Part shown: piece by piece, positions 52,642-61,535 of the stretch
Numbering within the stretch: position 1 is the stretch's first letter
How the letters are laid out: the number at the start of each line of letters is the position of its first letter
Source of the DNA: a bacterium
GTDB lineage: Bacteria > SAR324 > XYD2-FULL-50-16
NCBI GenBank assembly: GCA_032250835.1
Contig: JAVVEA010000001.1
Span: 352,001-416,000 of the forward strand
Length of the DNA stretch: 64,000 nucleotides
Direction: 5' to 3'
Notes under the pieces: generated by a model
What the model was told of the DNA's origin: nothing
Database searches by the model: none
The model's input: the letters and a program-made list of their open reading frames with translations, nothing else
Made by a program: the position numbers and the translations under genes

Positions 52642-52980
52642 TCAGGGCTCCTTGGCTTGGGCAGGCATCCTTGGCATGGACCAAGTCAATAAAAGACCCT
52701 TTGGAATGCAGCGGTTCAAGTAGGGGATTAAAGCCGGCCCTGGCCCTCCAGTGGGCTGGTCCTCTTGGGTCAGGATCGAAGAACCGCTCCTGAAGACGGG
52801 TCGAACGGAAAGGGGGCGAACTGGCTTGGTTGCTTTATTTAACACCCCGCCCTCTAGCCGGGCGTGGCCCAGTTCTTTGGGATAGCGCGGTGTCGATTCT
52901 AGGGCCCAGCCTTTCCGATCATGGACCTGGTGGGGGGTTGGTAAGATGCCAACGCCAGGCGTAAGGATACTTCCGTTCAT
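52642..52980 (-). CDS. Small hypothetical protein
   Basis: ATG 52980 preceded by GGAGG; Pro-rich 112 aa; co-directional with both neighbours. Confidence 0.45.
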   Translation of the reverse strand: MNGSILTPGVGILPTPHQVHDRKGWALESTPRYPKELGHARLEGGVLNKATKPVRPLSVRPVFRSGSSILTQEDQPTGGPGPALIPYLNRCIPKGLLLTWSMPRMPAQAKEP

Positions 52981-52989
52981 GGGGCCTCC

Positions 52990-53015
52990 GGTGAATACTT
53001 TGTTCAATATTCACC
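52990..53015. promoter_or_regulatory. Palindromic operator candidate A
   Basis: GGTGAATA-10 bp-TATTCACC; matches the site at 55626. Confidence 0.55.
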
Positions 53016-53049
53016 TTCCATGATAAGGCATAAAAAGCACTTTGCAAGT

Positions 53050-53646
53050 CTATTTTGCGCTCAACCCTGAAACCACTAGATCCATTACCGCAGCAAGTTG
53101 CTTTTCTAATTCTTTCAGAGGCGAGGCGTGCAGCATCAAGAAGTGGGGCATTAAAAACTTGATTAGCGCGACAAACAGGGCTTCGGCCGTAACCTCCAAT
53201 TGTTCCACTTGAAACTCACCGGACTCGCCTCCTTGACGCAGCATTAGGGCTAACATGCCGCGCTTGATTTTCATGTGCTCTTTGGCCATGTCCAAATGCT
53301 CGGTGGAAATGAATTGGACTAGCTCAAAGAGGTGGAATTGTTCGGAGAAGGTGTGGTGGTTAAAACGGAGCGTTTCGAGCACAAAACCTTCAATCCGCTG
53401 GCGGTTGCTGAGCCCCTTAGCCTGGGTAAACTCTTCGGCCAAACTGCGGCTGTGCTCAACAAACCGCCGAACCACGCCCACTCCAATGTCGCGTTTGTTG
53501 GTGAAGTACCGGTAAAGATTGGCGGTCGACATCTGGCAATCCGACGCAATCTCAGCCATCGCGGTCTTCTTAAAGCCATACTTCACGAAGCGTTGGTAGG
53601 CAGCGTCTAGAATCTGGTCTTGCGTTTGGTCCCGTTTGGCGTTCAT
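53050..53646 (-). CDS. TetR/AcrR family transcriptional regulator
   Basis: ILDAA...F...GF.KT.M.EIA....MS.ANLYRYF.NK. Confidence 0.95.
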   Translation of the reverse strand: MNAKRDQTQDQILDAAYQRFVKYGFKKTAMAEIASDCQMSTANLYRYFTNKRDIGVGVVRRFVEHSRSLAEEFTQAKGLSNRQRIEGFVLETLRFNHHTFSEQFHLFELVQFISTEHLDMAKEHMKIKRGMLALMLRQGGESGEFQVEQLEVTAEALFVALIKFLMPHFLMLHASPLKELEKQLAAVMDLVVSGLSAK

Positions 53647-54908
53647 CCTTCAACTCTCTTAGGGTCTTTTAAAGCGTTTAAAAACAAATATCCCAAGTAA
53701 ATATGATCACCCGCCAGCCCAAGGCCTGCAAAAGCCAAGATCACCGGTGAGGACAACAAAAAGCCCAAGGCCAACAACCCGAGTGCTACCAGCAATGCCC
53801 AGGACTCTCGCAGCTGTTGGGTTTCGCTCATCAGGTCGCCCAAAAGGGGGGCTCCTGGTTTACCGATCTGGTGGCTGTACCGATGGAACCAAACCAGAAA
53901 AGTAAAAATCTTATACAACATAGCATGGGTTGCGGTGAGCGCAAAAGCGAACAAAAATAGCAGTCCTGCCGCTTCACTTAAAATCAAATGGTTAGAAGTC
54001 AATCCAACCAAAATCCCCGCCAAAGAGGTGGCTAAACCCAGCATGGCCCACCGGAGCAACTTCAACGCCGGGTCCATCCGCTTGCGCCGACGTCCCATCA
54101 CCACCCGCCTAAATTCCACCAAATAAAGCCACAATCCAGCGGCGATAAAGGCCCCGGCAGGCAACAGCCAAGGCCCCGAAGCCCCCAATCCGAGCGAAAC
54201 CAACAGACCCAATAAGCCGTAGGCGATCAGCCGCAAGACCCGGAAGGCTCGGGTCGGCTCAAAATGGGGACAAACATAAAACATGGGGATCAGGTGGTAA
54301 CTGACGCCGATCACCAAAAAGCCGACCCAGCCGATCAAAGCCACACTGAAGTGGGCTTCTCTGAGCGGCCCCGGCAAGGCAAAGTACCCGGCCAATTCGC
54401 CCAGCCGGGCCCAACCAAACAGCCAGACCAGCAACAACGAAGCCGCCGAAAGCCGCATGGCCAGCAAGGTGGGTCGGTGGGTTCCAGACACCCGGGCCAG
54501 GGCCACCGCAATCTGCACCAAAAACAGGCCCACCGCAAGACCCAGCCCCGCCAGGGCCGCAACGGCCCAAAAGGAAGCCCAGGTCTCAAAAAACAAGACC
54601 ATCGAAAGCGTGCCGCCGGCCAGTAATAAATATACCCAAAGAGACCAGCCCGGGAGCGGGACCTGACCGCCGATCATCACCGGGATCATCTGATAAAAGG
54701 CCCCAAACATGACCATCGCCAGCCAACCTAAGGTCCAAAGATGCACCCAAGCAATGGCAGGACCCAGCAGGGGCGACGCCAAGATTTCCTCGGCCCGCCC
54801 CGTAAGGTACAGCCCGCCTAAGCAACCAAAGGCCGGAGCGGTGACAAAAAAACGAAAGGGCACCCAAAGGGGAGGCGCTTGGTCTAGACTGACGCCGCTA
54901 TACATCAC
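53643..54908 (-). CDS. Multi-pass membrane protein of the hemerythrin/DUF2249-associated type
   Basis: LDQAPPL.VP.RFF, HLWTLGW...GAFYQMIP, HF...GW..L.IGV...IPMFY, LYKI..FL.W.H; about 12 TM. Confidence 0.8.
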   Translation of the reverse strand: MMYSGVSLDQAPPLWVPFRFFVTAPAFGCLGGLYLTGRAEEILASPLLGPAIAWVHLWTLGWLAMVMFGAFYQMIPVMIGGQVPLPGWSLWVYLLLAGGTLSMVLFFETWASFWAVAALAGLGLAVGLFLVQIAVALARVSGTHRPTLLAMRLSAASLLLVWLFGWARLGELAGYFALPGPLREAHFSVALIGWVGFLVIGVSYHLIPMFYVCPHFEPTRAFRVLRLIAYGLLGLLVSLGLGASGPWLLPAGAFIAAGLWLYLVEFRRVVMGRRRKRMDPALKLLRWAMLGLATSLAGILVGLTSNHLILSEAAGLLFLFAFALTATHAMLYKIFTFLVWFHRYSHQIGKPGAPLLGDLMSETQQLRESWALLVALGLLALGFLLSSPVILAFAGLGLAGDHIYLGYLFLNALKDPKRVEG

Positions 54909-55131
54909 GGTGCCAGATCAACAGTTCCACTAAGTCCGCCTCTTCGATCTCAAAGGCGTAGTCAAATCCTCGGGTGGTCAAAATCGGTAGCAAATGGACC
55001 GGACGCATCCGGTGGCGCATCAGCAGCTTCTTACCTTTCGGGAGCGCCTCAAGGGCTTCCAGCACCAAAACCATCGGCTCCGGAGGGGGCAGCTCACGGC
55101 AATCAACCAAAAGCGGATCTTTAAGCGCCAT
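54898..55131 (-). CDS. DUF2249 / TusA-like small protein
   Basis: VDCRELPPPEPM..VLEAL...H...PVHLLP.L..RGF; likely start ATG 55131. Confidence 0.85.
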   Translation of the reverse strand: MALKDPLLVDCRELPPPEPMVLVLEALEALPKGKKLLMRHRMRPVHLLPILTTRGFDYAFEIEEADLVELLIWHRDV

Positions 55132-55552
55132 CGCGCAGGGCCTCAAGTTGCGGGATCATCTCGTCTTTAGCCAGTTGCTGGTCCAGCATAGGGTACAAAA
55201 TATTTTCTTCTTTGAGGTTGTGCTGCTGCATCAGAATCATCAACGTCTCAGCTGGTCTCAGGGCTGCCTGAGTGTCCCCTTGGTCCAAGGAGCTTTGCAT
55301 CTGGGCTAATAGTTGTCGCATCTGTTGGTGCTCTTGGCGCATCACTTCGGTGGGGCCCATGCCCTTCATGCCCGTTTTGTCTTCAAAAACCGGGAACAGG
55401 ATGGTTTCTTCCATGTCAAAATGGCAGGCCATGGCACCCAGAAAGGCCGACAACTCTCCGGCACCCCCGCCAGCGTCCAAGGCGTCTTCGGCCTCGGCAA
55501 AGAGGTGGTCGCAGCGTTGGTGGTCTTGGTGCATAAAAAGAGAGATATTCAT
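55121..55552 (-). CDS. Hemerythrin-like (HHE) domain protein
   Basis: DHQRCD, HFDMEETILFP, GPTEVMRQEH, QHNLKEENILYP. Confidence 0.92.
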   Translation of the reverse strand: MNISLFMHQDHQRCDHLFAEAEDALDAGGGAGELSAFLGAMACHFDMEETILFPVFEDKTGMKGMGPTEVMRQEHQQMRQLLAQMQSSLDQGDTQAALRPAETLMILMQQHNLKEENILYPMLDQQLAKDEMIPQLEALRDGA

Positions 55553-55620
55553 GAGGCAAGTCCGGTATTGGGTTGGAAATCTTGAGGAGATTTTACCAGA
55601 TAGCTGGCCCAGACAAAAGC

Positions 55621-55654
55621 CAAATGTGAATATTTTTCAATATTTTCACATTTG
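55621..55654. promoter_or_regulatory. Palindromic operator candidate B
   Basis: CAAATGTGAA-14 bp-TTCACATTTG about 70 bp upstream of the hemerythrin start. Confidence 0.65.
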
Positions 55655-55674
55655 TCCGAGGATCTTGCGGGAAT

Positions 55675-56718
55675 TTAGTAGTCGAAGGCCAGCGAGATGC
55701 GCGCCATGTCTTGGCGGTAATCGGCAAGGAACGGGCTGTCGGTGTAGCGGTACATCCACTTCAATAAAAGCGGCGAACCCCAGATTTGGGTTTCCCCTTT
55801 ATATTCGTAACGCTGCAACAGCTGTCCGCTCGAAGACTCTACCCGGTAAGGGGCAGATTTATCTTCACTGTCGTAGGTAACCTTCAGGTTGCGGCCAATG
55901 AGGGCAAAACCAAACTGGTTTTGGGAGTCCCAAAGAAAAAAACTAAAGTCCGATTCAACCTTAGCTTCAATGCCGGTGGTGCCCACCAGAGAAATCCGGT
56001 CAAAGGCAATTCTAAACTGCTTCCAATAGGCTTCTGGCCCCGGCTCAACGGGCCTACGGTCATAATACTCAAAACCGTAAAGAAATTCTGCCGTATCGGG
56101 ATCAATTTGGGGGTACTCCTGACGACGCTTTCGCGAATAACTACGCCAGCCCTTCTGTTTGCTGTTATATGCACCCAGGGCGAATTCATACCAAGGGTAT
56201 TGCCGCCGTTCAATCTGGCCCCCGGTTGCCAGCCGGCGGTCCAAATCTACCCCGCCATTCACTTCAAAAAACTCGCGGTTCTTCTCGGTTTTGATCGCAA
56301 AATGGTCGGTGGCGTACACCCCCGGCTCGGACCAATCTTTCTGGTAACTCCCTCCGGATTCGGTCGGGCTCTCAAAACGCCGCCATAGGCTCAATTCTAG
56401 ATTGCTGTGGCGAAAGTCCCACCTTGGAGTGACCACCTCATAACTTTGGGCTTGGAGTTGATCCCCTGCGCCATTGTAGCCTTCTAAAGTAACCCGTTCG
56501 CCTTGAACGGAAAAATAGTGGGCACCTAAGCCAAAGCCAATCAAGCCAAATTGGCTGTGTTCCGATTGGCGGTAGTCTAGCGAGCGCCCTTGAAGCAAGC
56601 TTTCTCGCTGCCAATACTGGTCTTGTTTGAGCTGCGCACCGACCTCTGCCTCAAAGGCCCAGGCCGGAGCTGCCATGACCATCCCCAAAAAAGCTAGAAT
56701 CAGCGCTTTGAGTCTCAT
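55675..56718 (-). CDS. Probable outer-membrane beta-barrel hypothetical protein
   Basis: Signal peptide ending AWA; alternating aromatic/polar strands; C-terminal ISLAFDY. Confidence 0.6.
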   Translation of the reverse strand: MRLKALILAFLGMVMAAPAWAFEAEVGAQLKQDQYWQRESLLQGRSLDYRQSEHSQFGLIGFGLGAHYFSVQGERVTLEGYNGAGDQLQAQSYEVVTPRWDFRHSNLELSLWRRFESPTESGGSYQKDWSEPGVYATDHFAIKTEKNREFFEVNGGVDLDRRLATGGQIERRQYPWYEFALGAYNSKQKGWRSYSRKRRQEYPQIDPDTAEFLYGFEYYDRRPVEPGPEAYWKQFRIAFDRISLVGTTGIEAKVESDFSFFLWDSQNQFGFALIGRNLKVTYDSEDKSAPYRVESSSGQLLQRYEYKGETQIWGSPLLLKWMYRYTDSPFLADYRQDMARISLAFDY

Positions 56719-58574
56719 GGAGTTTCCTTGGAGAGTTCAAATCGGCTCTGGTCCTCTAACTCGGCCCGAGTGATCTCTTTGACCAACCGAAAACCAACCC
56801 GACGGTCCATCTCTGAACTCATGATAAAGCTTCGTTTAAAACAGCGCAAGGCTGCGGCCCCAGCATCATAATGACCACCCCGGACGACCTGTGCATCGGT
56901 GCTGCCTTTTTGGAGCAGCGGTTGGTTCACCTGGGTCTTTTCGTAGGCCTGGGGGTCCCATTGGTCGGCAACCATCTCGGCTACGTTGCCGCTAAAGTCG
57001 AAGAGTCCCAAATTATTGGCCGGAAACATCGCCACCGTTGCGGGCTCTTTCCAGTGCATTCCTTTGTGATAAATCGGGCCGTCGTCTTTGAGTTGGAGAC
57101 GCTGTCGGTTGGTATCCAGATCCGCATTAAAGGCGATTTCCTTGGGGTTCGCCAGGTTCTTCCCGTTGCCAAATCGCTGCTTGGCCCCCAAATCACGGCA
57201 GGCATACTCCCATTCGGCCTCGGTGGGTAGGCGTACTTTCCAGCCCGAAGCGGTGGAAAAGGTTTCCACAAAGCGGGTCACCTCTTGGACACTGACATTT
57301 TCCACCGGCATCAAGCCCTTTTTTGACTGGTGGTAGCTCGGGTTATAGCCCATCATCTGTTCAAATTGCGCCTGGGTGACTTCGGTCTGGGCGACAAAAA
57401 AGTCCCCTAAACACACGCGGTGGACTGGGGCCTCAAAGCCCTGGTCCTCCTCGAAAACATCGCCCATCAAGTAACATCCCTTAGGCGCCTGCACAAAGAC
57501 CATGCCGGACTTTGGCTCGGTAAGGGTGGGGAAGATGGCTCGTTGGAATTTAACGCCCGTAAAGTCCGTGTTAAACAATAGAGCCTTAGAAAAATCGGTG
57601 CCGCTCAAGTCGGCTCCCGAGAGGTTCGAGTCGAGCAGTAGGGTGTCTTCTAGGGTAGCATACGAAAAGTCGGCTCCCGACAAATCAATGGATTTAAAGC
57701 TCAACCCCTTCAGCCAAGCCCCCTTAAAGTTGGAGTTTCTAAGGTCTAACCCTTCTAGCGCGACTCGGGTGATTTGGGCCCTAGGAAACTGAGGTGCTTT
57801 TAACTGAGCCCCGGTAAAGCGGGTCCGCTCGATCACTACGGCGCGGAAATTGGTCTTGAGTAGGTTAGTTTTGGTCAGGTCCGTATCCACCAAAGAAGCG
57901 CCTTCAAAGTTGGCCCCTTCAAGGTTCGTGGAATGGAACTTGGTTCCGCGCAGATCCGCACCGGAAAAGTCAGCACCGCGTAGATTCTGGTTGGAAAGAT
58001 CCATCCCGGCCAGATTGCTGCCCTTAAAGCTAACGCCCGTTAAAATCGCATAATCAAACTTGGTCTGGCGTAGATCGGTGCCCGAAAGATCGCCTTGATT
58101 TAGGTCCGCACCGGTAAAGTCGGTCTTTCTTAAGTCCGCCCCAGCAAAGCTGGTTTGGGTCAAGTCCCGGTGTTTGAAATCATACCCCGACCAGTCGCTT
58201 TCGCCCACCAGAGCACCCCGTAGGTCCGCCTCAAACAACAGAGCCTGCGCCAAATTGCTACGCCGCGCGTCCACCTTCTTTAAGCTGGCATTGCGGAAGT
58301 CGGCATTTTTCAGGTCTGCCTCGCTGATATTGCCGCCCGTAAGGTTGGCACCGCGGAAGTTTACGCCATGTAAATCGGCACCGGAAAAATGCACGTTACG
58401 CAAGTCCCAGGCCCCAAAATCCATCGCCTGATAAGGGCGGTCGCCTGCATGCTGCTGGCGTAGACGCTGGTCTACGCTGACGCAGCCCAAAAGACTACCC
58501 AACAGGGGGATCAAAATAAAAAGGGGACTAAGTCTCAGCAAAACAACACTCCAAAGTTTGCCTGGAAGATACAA
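56715..58574 (-). CDS. Lipoprotein: pentapeptide repeats plus FGE-sulfatase (SUMF1-like) domain
   Basis: Lipobox LLGC; about 300 aa of A(D/N)(L/F)xx repeats; EVTQAQF, PVENVS, RLPTEAEWEYACR, N.LGLFD.SGNV.E, RGG, GFRLV; start uncertain. Confidence 0.9.
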   Translation of the reverse strand: MYLPGKLWSVVLLRLSPLFILIPLLGSLLGCVSVDQRLRQQHAGDRPYQAMDFGAWDLRNVHFSGADLHGVNFRGANLTGGNISEADLKNADFRNASLKKVDARRSNLAQALLFEADLRGALVGESDWSGYDFKHRDLTQTSFAGADLRKTDFTGADLNQGDLSGTDLRQTKFDYAILTGVSFKGSNLAGMDLSNQNLRGADFSGADLRGTKFHSTNLEGANFEGASLVDTDLTKTNLLKTNFRAVVIERTRFTGAQLKAPQFPRAQITRVALEGLDLRNSNFKGAWLKGLSFKSIDLSGADFSYATLEDTLLLDSNLSGADLSGTDFSKALLFNTDFTGVKFQRAIFPTLTEPKSGMVFVQAPKGCYLMGDVFEEDQGFEAPVHRVCLGDFFVAQTEVTQAQFEQMMGYNPSYHQSKKGLMPVENVSVQEVTRFVETFSTASGWKVRLPTEAEWEYACRDLGAKQRFGNGKNLANPKEIAFNADLDTNRQRLQLKDDGPIYHKGMHWKEPATVAMFPANNLGLFDFSGNVAEMVADQWDPQAYEKTQVNQPLLQKGSTDAQVVRGGHYDAGAAALRCFKRSFIMSSEMDRRVGFRLVKEITRAELEDQSRFELSKETP

Positions 58575-58695
58575 GGATCATGCCGAGTTGGGGCCTCGCC
58601 ACACCAGGAATCCTTTACACGAGAATTCTTGTGCAAAGTTGCGCCAACTTGTTATGCTGAAACCTGAAAGAAACATTCCAATAAAGGAGCATCAA

Positions 58696-58908
58696 ATGTC
58701 CGATCAGGTATACAAAAAAGTTGAGATCGTTGGGACCTCGGCCGAGGGGATCAGCGAGGCAGTCAAAAACGCCATCGACAAGGCTGGCGAGTCTTTACGG
58801 CATATGTCTTGGTTCGAGGTAAAGGAAATCCGCGGCCATATAGACGCCGACAAAAACAACCAGGCCCTATTTCAAGTGACCTTGCAGATTGGGTTTAGGC
58901 TAGAATAG
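58696..58908 (+). CDS. Dodecin (flavin-binding protein)
   Basis: ATG 58696 after AAGGAG; VYKKVEIVGTS...A..NAI...WFEV.EIRG...FQVTL.IGFRLE. Confidence 0.93.
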   Translation: MSDQVYKKVEIVGTSAEGISEAVKNAIDKAGESLRHMSWFEVKEIRGHIDADKNNQALFQVTLQIGFRLE

Positions 58909-58909
58909 G

Positions 58910-59581
58910 TCACCAAGGAATCGATCGTCCCTGATGGCTCATAAAGGCACCGTTGTCTGAGGCACTCAAGCGTTCGGCCTGGGCGATCATCCCCCGGGCC
59001 GAATCTTCTGCACTCAAGGGGGCTCCCTGCCCCCCCATACGGGTGCGGACCCAGCCGGGACAAAAGAGGGTGCAGATGATACCTCGAGGACCCAAGTCCT
59101 TCGATAAAGTCACAAAGGTCATGTTCAGAGCCGCCTTAGAGGCGCGGTAGGCATAAGAACCACCCCCTTGGTTCTCTGATAGACTCCCCATGGTGCTGCT
59201 GGTGGCCAATAACTTCGGCTCACTACCGGCCTGTAGGTGTTCCCCAAAGGCCTCGGCCATCAATAAGGGCGCTAAGGCATTAACGGTCAGGCACTCTTGC
59301 CAGCTTTGGGCGTCAATCTGCCCTAGCCGGCTCGCCGCTTCGGCGTATACCCCCGCATTTAGCCACAAAATATCAATCGACCGCCCTTTTAGCTGTTGGG
59401 CCAGTTGCACGGGCCCCTTCGGGTCCATTAAGTCCAGCCTGAATTGTTCGATCTGAGGGGGCAACGCAGCGCCGAGCTGGCGGACTGCCGCAAGCACCTG
59501 CCAGCCCCTTTGGTGGTACTGCCGGGCCAGTGCCTCTCCGATCCCACGGTTGGCCCCGGTGATCAAGATAGTCTTAGACAT
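58910..59581 (-). CDS. Short-chain dehydrogenase (CsgA/C-factor-like SDR)
   Basis: ITGANRGIG, NAG, SSTMGS, YRASKAALN, PGWVRT.MGG. Confidence 0.92.
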   Translation of the reverse strand: MSKTILITGANRGIGEALARQYHQRGWQVLAAVRQLGAALPPQIEQFRLDLMDPKGPVQLAQQLKGRSIDILWLNAGVYAEAASRLGQIDAQSWQECLTVNALAPLLMAEAFGEHLQAGSEPKLLATSSTMGSLSENQGGGSYAYRASKAALNMTFVTLSKDLGPRGIICTLFCPGWVRTRMGGQGAPLSAEDSARGMIAQAERLSASDNGAFMSHQGRSIPW

Positions 59582-59589
59582 GGAGGCCT

Positions 59590-61374
59590 CTAGTCTTCGC
59601 TGCTTTCAGCGGCCTTTTTGGCTTCTTTGGCTTCTTTGGAATAGTTACGCAGATGGAAACCGTCCAATTCTTGTTTCTCGTAGAATTCACGGCGGTCCCA
59701 AATATTTTTCACATCCGTAAAGATACGGTTGAATTCGGTTTGTTCCTCTTTTTCCAAAAAGTCGAATTTGTCCGTTTCGAACCGGCGGAAGAACTCGTAA
59801 TACTGCCCCATATTCCGGTCGTCTTTAAAATACAACGCGCCAAGCAACAAAATGCGCGCACACCGGAAGACCAAGGGATTGTTTTTAGAGCGGATATAAA
59901 GCCGTTCGGACTCGGCCAAGGCGTCCTTCAATTTGGACTCGGCTTCTTTAACGTTTCCCTGTTTCATCAACACTTCGGCCTGATGCAGCCGCAGGGTCAC
60001 CACTTGACCGGCCCAGTTGTCTGAATCATTAGCCAACGAAATGGCCAAGGCGGCTTCGATGGCTAGTTCATAAGACTGCACCACCGTAAAGTCCGAGCGG
60101 TGGATGTCGAATAGCTCGTCTTTGTGTTCGCCCAGGCGCTCCATGCGGCGGTCCTTACCCTCGACCCAGGGGTCTTTAAAGCGACTAATCCCCAATTCAG
60201 TGGGGGTTTTATCGCGGTCCGAAAGCAAGAAAAGCTTGCGGTGGATGGTGGCGAAGAGACAGTGGGGGCAGACTGTGACCTTGATCCGGTTGAAATCGAT
60301 CAGGTCAAAACCCTCGGCTGCGCCTTCATAGGTCTGGATATAAAAAATGTTTTGGCGCGGTTTCTGGCTGTGCTGTTTGAGCTGAAAGAAGCTAAATTCA
60401 CCGGGGTTGTCGCAAACAAAACACTTAACCTTGCGGACCTGGACCGAGTTGTTGGACGGATGCCTACTGAGCAACCCTTTGGATTCTGCTTCCTGGTCTT
60501 CTAAAGACGTATTTAACCGGACGGCGGCCACCAACTGACGACGGCGCAATTTCCAGGCAATCATGCGGTTGCACCAGTCCATCACGTCCGTATAACTCTT
60601 GGTGGGCATCCGGCTTAAATCGGCCATCAGCTTGAGCAGCTGGCTGCCGTGGTAGCCAATATCCCCTTTGGAAGTAAAGATCTGGATCACTTCCATGAAG
60701 ATCATGATCAACAGCTCCTCGTGCATCTTCGGCGGACGCTTGAGCGGAGGCCGGTGCTGCTTGAGCACATGATGCCGCAGTACGACCTGCTCTTCCTTGG
60801 TGGTCGCTGAAAGCAACATTTTCTTGAGCAAAGAGACCTCCCGTTCCTCTTTGACTCCTTCGATAATCAGCGCCGCAACCAGCACGTCTATGTACCACTT
60901 CTTTTGTTCCGTATCCAGCTTCTTGACCGGAACGATAAACTCCTCGTCGTTGATCTTTTTTGAAACCAGTTTTTGTTGGAAGGCTTTGACCTCCAATCCC
61001 TCGCGGCCCCAATTGAGCATTTCGCGGGTGTAGACGTCGTGGAAGTCGAAGAGGCGGCCTACTTTTTGGAGTAGCGCTTCTTCACGCTTGATCAGCTCCA
61101 AATCAGAGATACAAATCTCCACCAATTGGCTGTGGATTTCGGCCAGTTGGAATTTATTAAAGCCCACCGGCTGGGTCAGCGGGGGAAGCGTGCCGGATTC
61201 TAAGTTGCTGACCAACTCTTTGCGGGCACCTTCATCGTTGACGTATTTGAGGGTGGACTTGATGAACTTCACTTCCGAGGCGGCAATCTCATCATCGGCC
61301 AGAATCGTCGTCTCCAATAGCTTGGCATACCAAACGATTTGCTCTTGGGTCAATCTGGTGATGTCCAGGCTCAT
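59590..61374 (-). CDS. Tandem TerB-like repeats fused to a DUF2225-like Zn-ribbon/helical domain
   Basis: Likely start ATG 61374; two repeats of about 120-150 aa (LTQEQIVWY.../LDTEQKKWY...); then CFVC...VTVCPHCLFA and TPR-like helices. Confidence 0.7.
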   Translation of the reverse strand: MSLDITRLTQEQIVWYAKLLETTILADDEIAASEVKFIKSTLKYVNDEGARKELVSNLESGTLPPLTQPVGFNKFQLAEIHSQLVEICISDLELIKREEALLQKVGRLFDFHDVYTREMLNWGREGLEVKAFQQKLVSKKINDEEFIVPVKKLDTEQKKWYIDVLVAALIIEGVKEEREVSLLKKMLLSATTKEEQVVLRHHVLKQHRPPLKRPPKMHEELLIMIFMEVIQIFTSKGDIGYHGSQLLKLMADLSRMPTKSYTDVMDWCNRMIAWKLRRRQLVAAVRLNTSLEDQEAESKGLLSRHPSNNSVQVRKVKCFVCDNPGEFSFFQLKQHSQKPRQNIFYIQTYEGAAEGFDLIDFNRIKVTVCPHCLFATIHRKLFLLSDRDKTPTELGISRFKDPWVEGKDRRMERLGEHKDELFDIHRSDFTVVQSYELAIEAALAISLANDSDNWAGQVVTLRLHQAEVLMKQGNVKEAESKLKDALAESERLYIRSKNNPLVFRCARILLLGALYFKDDRNMGQYYEFFRRFETDKFDFLEKEEQTEFNRIFTDVKNIWDRREFYEKQELDGFHLRNYSKEAKEAKKAAESSED

Positions 61375-61535
61375 AGGTTCCGCATTGTTGGGCCTTGGTT
61401 TGACACCAAGACAAGGGCCCCAAAGGGGCGATAGATCGGGTGCAACCTTGCTGGTTGCTCCCGCTAGGGTTATCAAATTTTACCGGCAAGCTCTACTGCT
61501 TTTTAGCCCTGAATTGACCTCCCCAATCCAGGCTA

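Noticed and set aside
55625-55650. CRP/FNR box upstream of the hemerythrin gene
   Set aside because: TGTGA and TCACA are 16 bp apart, not 6; the site is better explained as a long TetR-type operator.
56780-56890. DGR variable region at the end of the FGE-sulfatase domain
   Set aside because: The fold is a common DGR target, but I found no template-repeat copy and no RT or avd gene in the window. A remote DGR cannot be excluded.
57530-58420. DNA repeat array or CRISPR in the repetitive region
   Set aside because: The periodicity comes from protein pentapeptide repeats; there are no identical DNA repeats with unique spacers.
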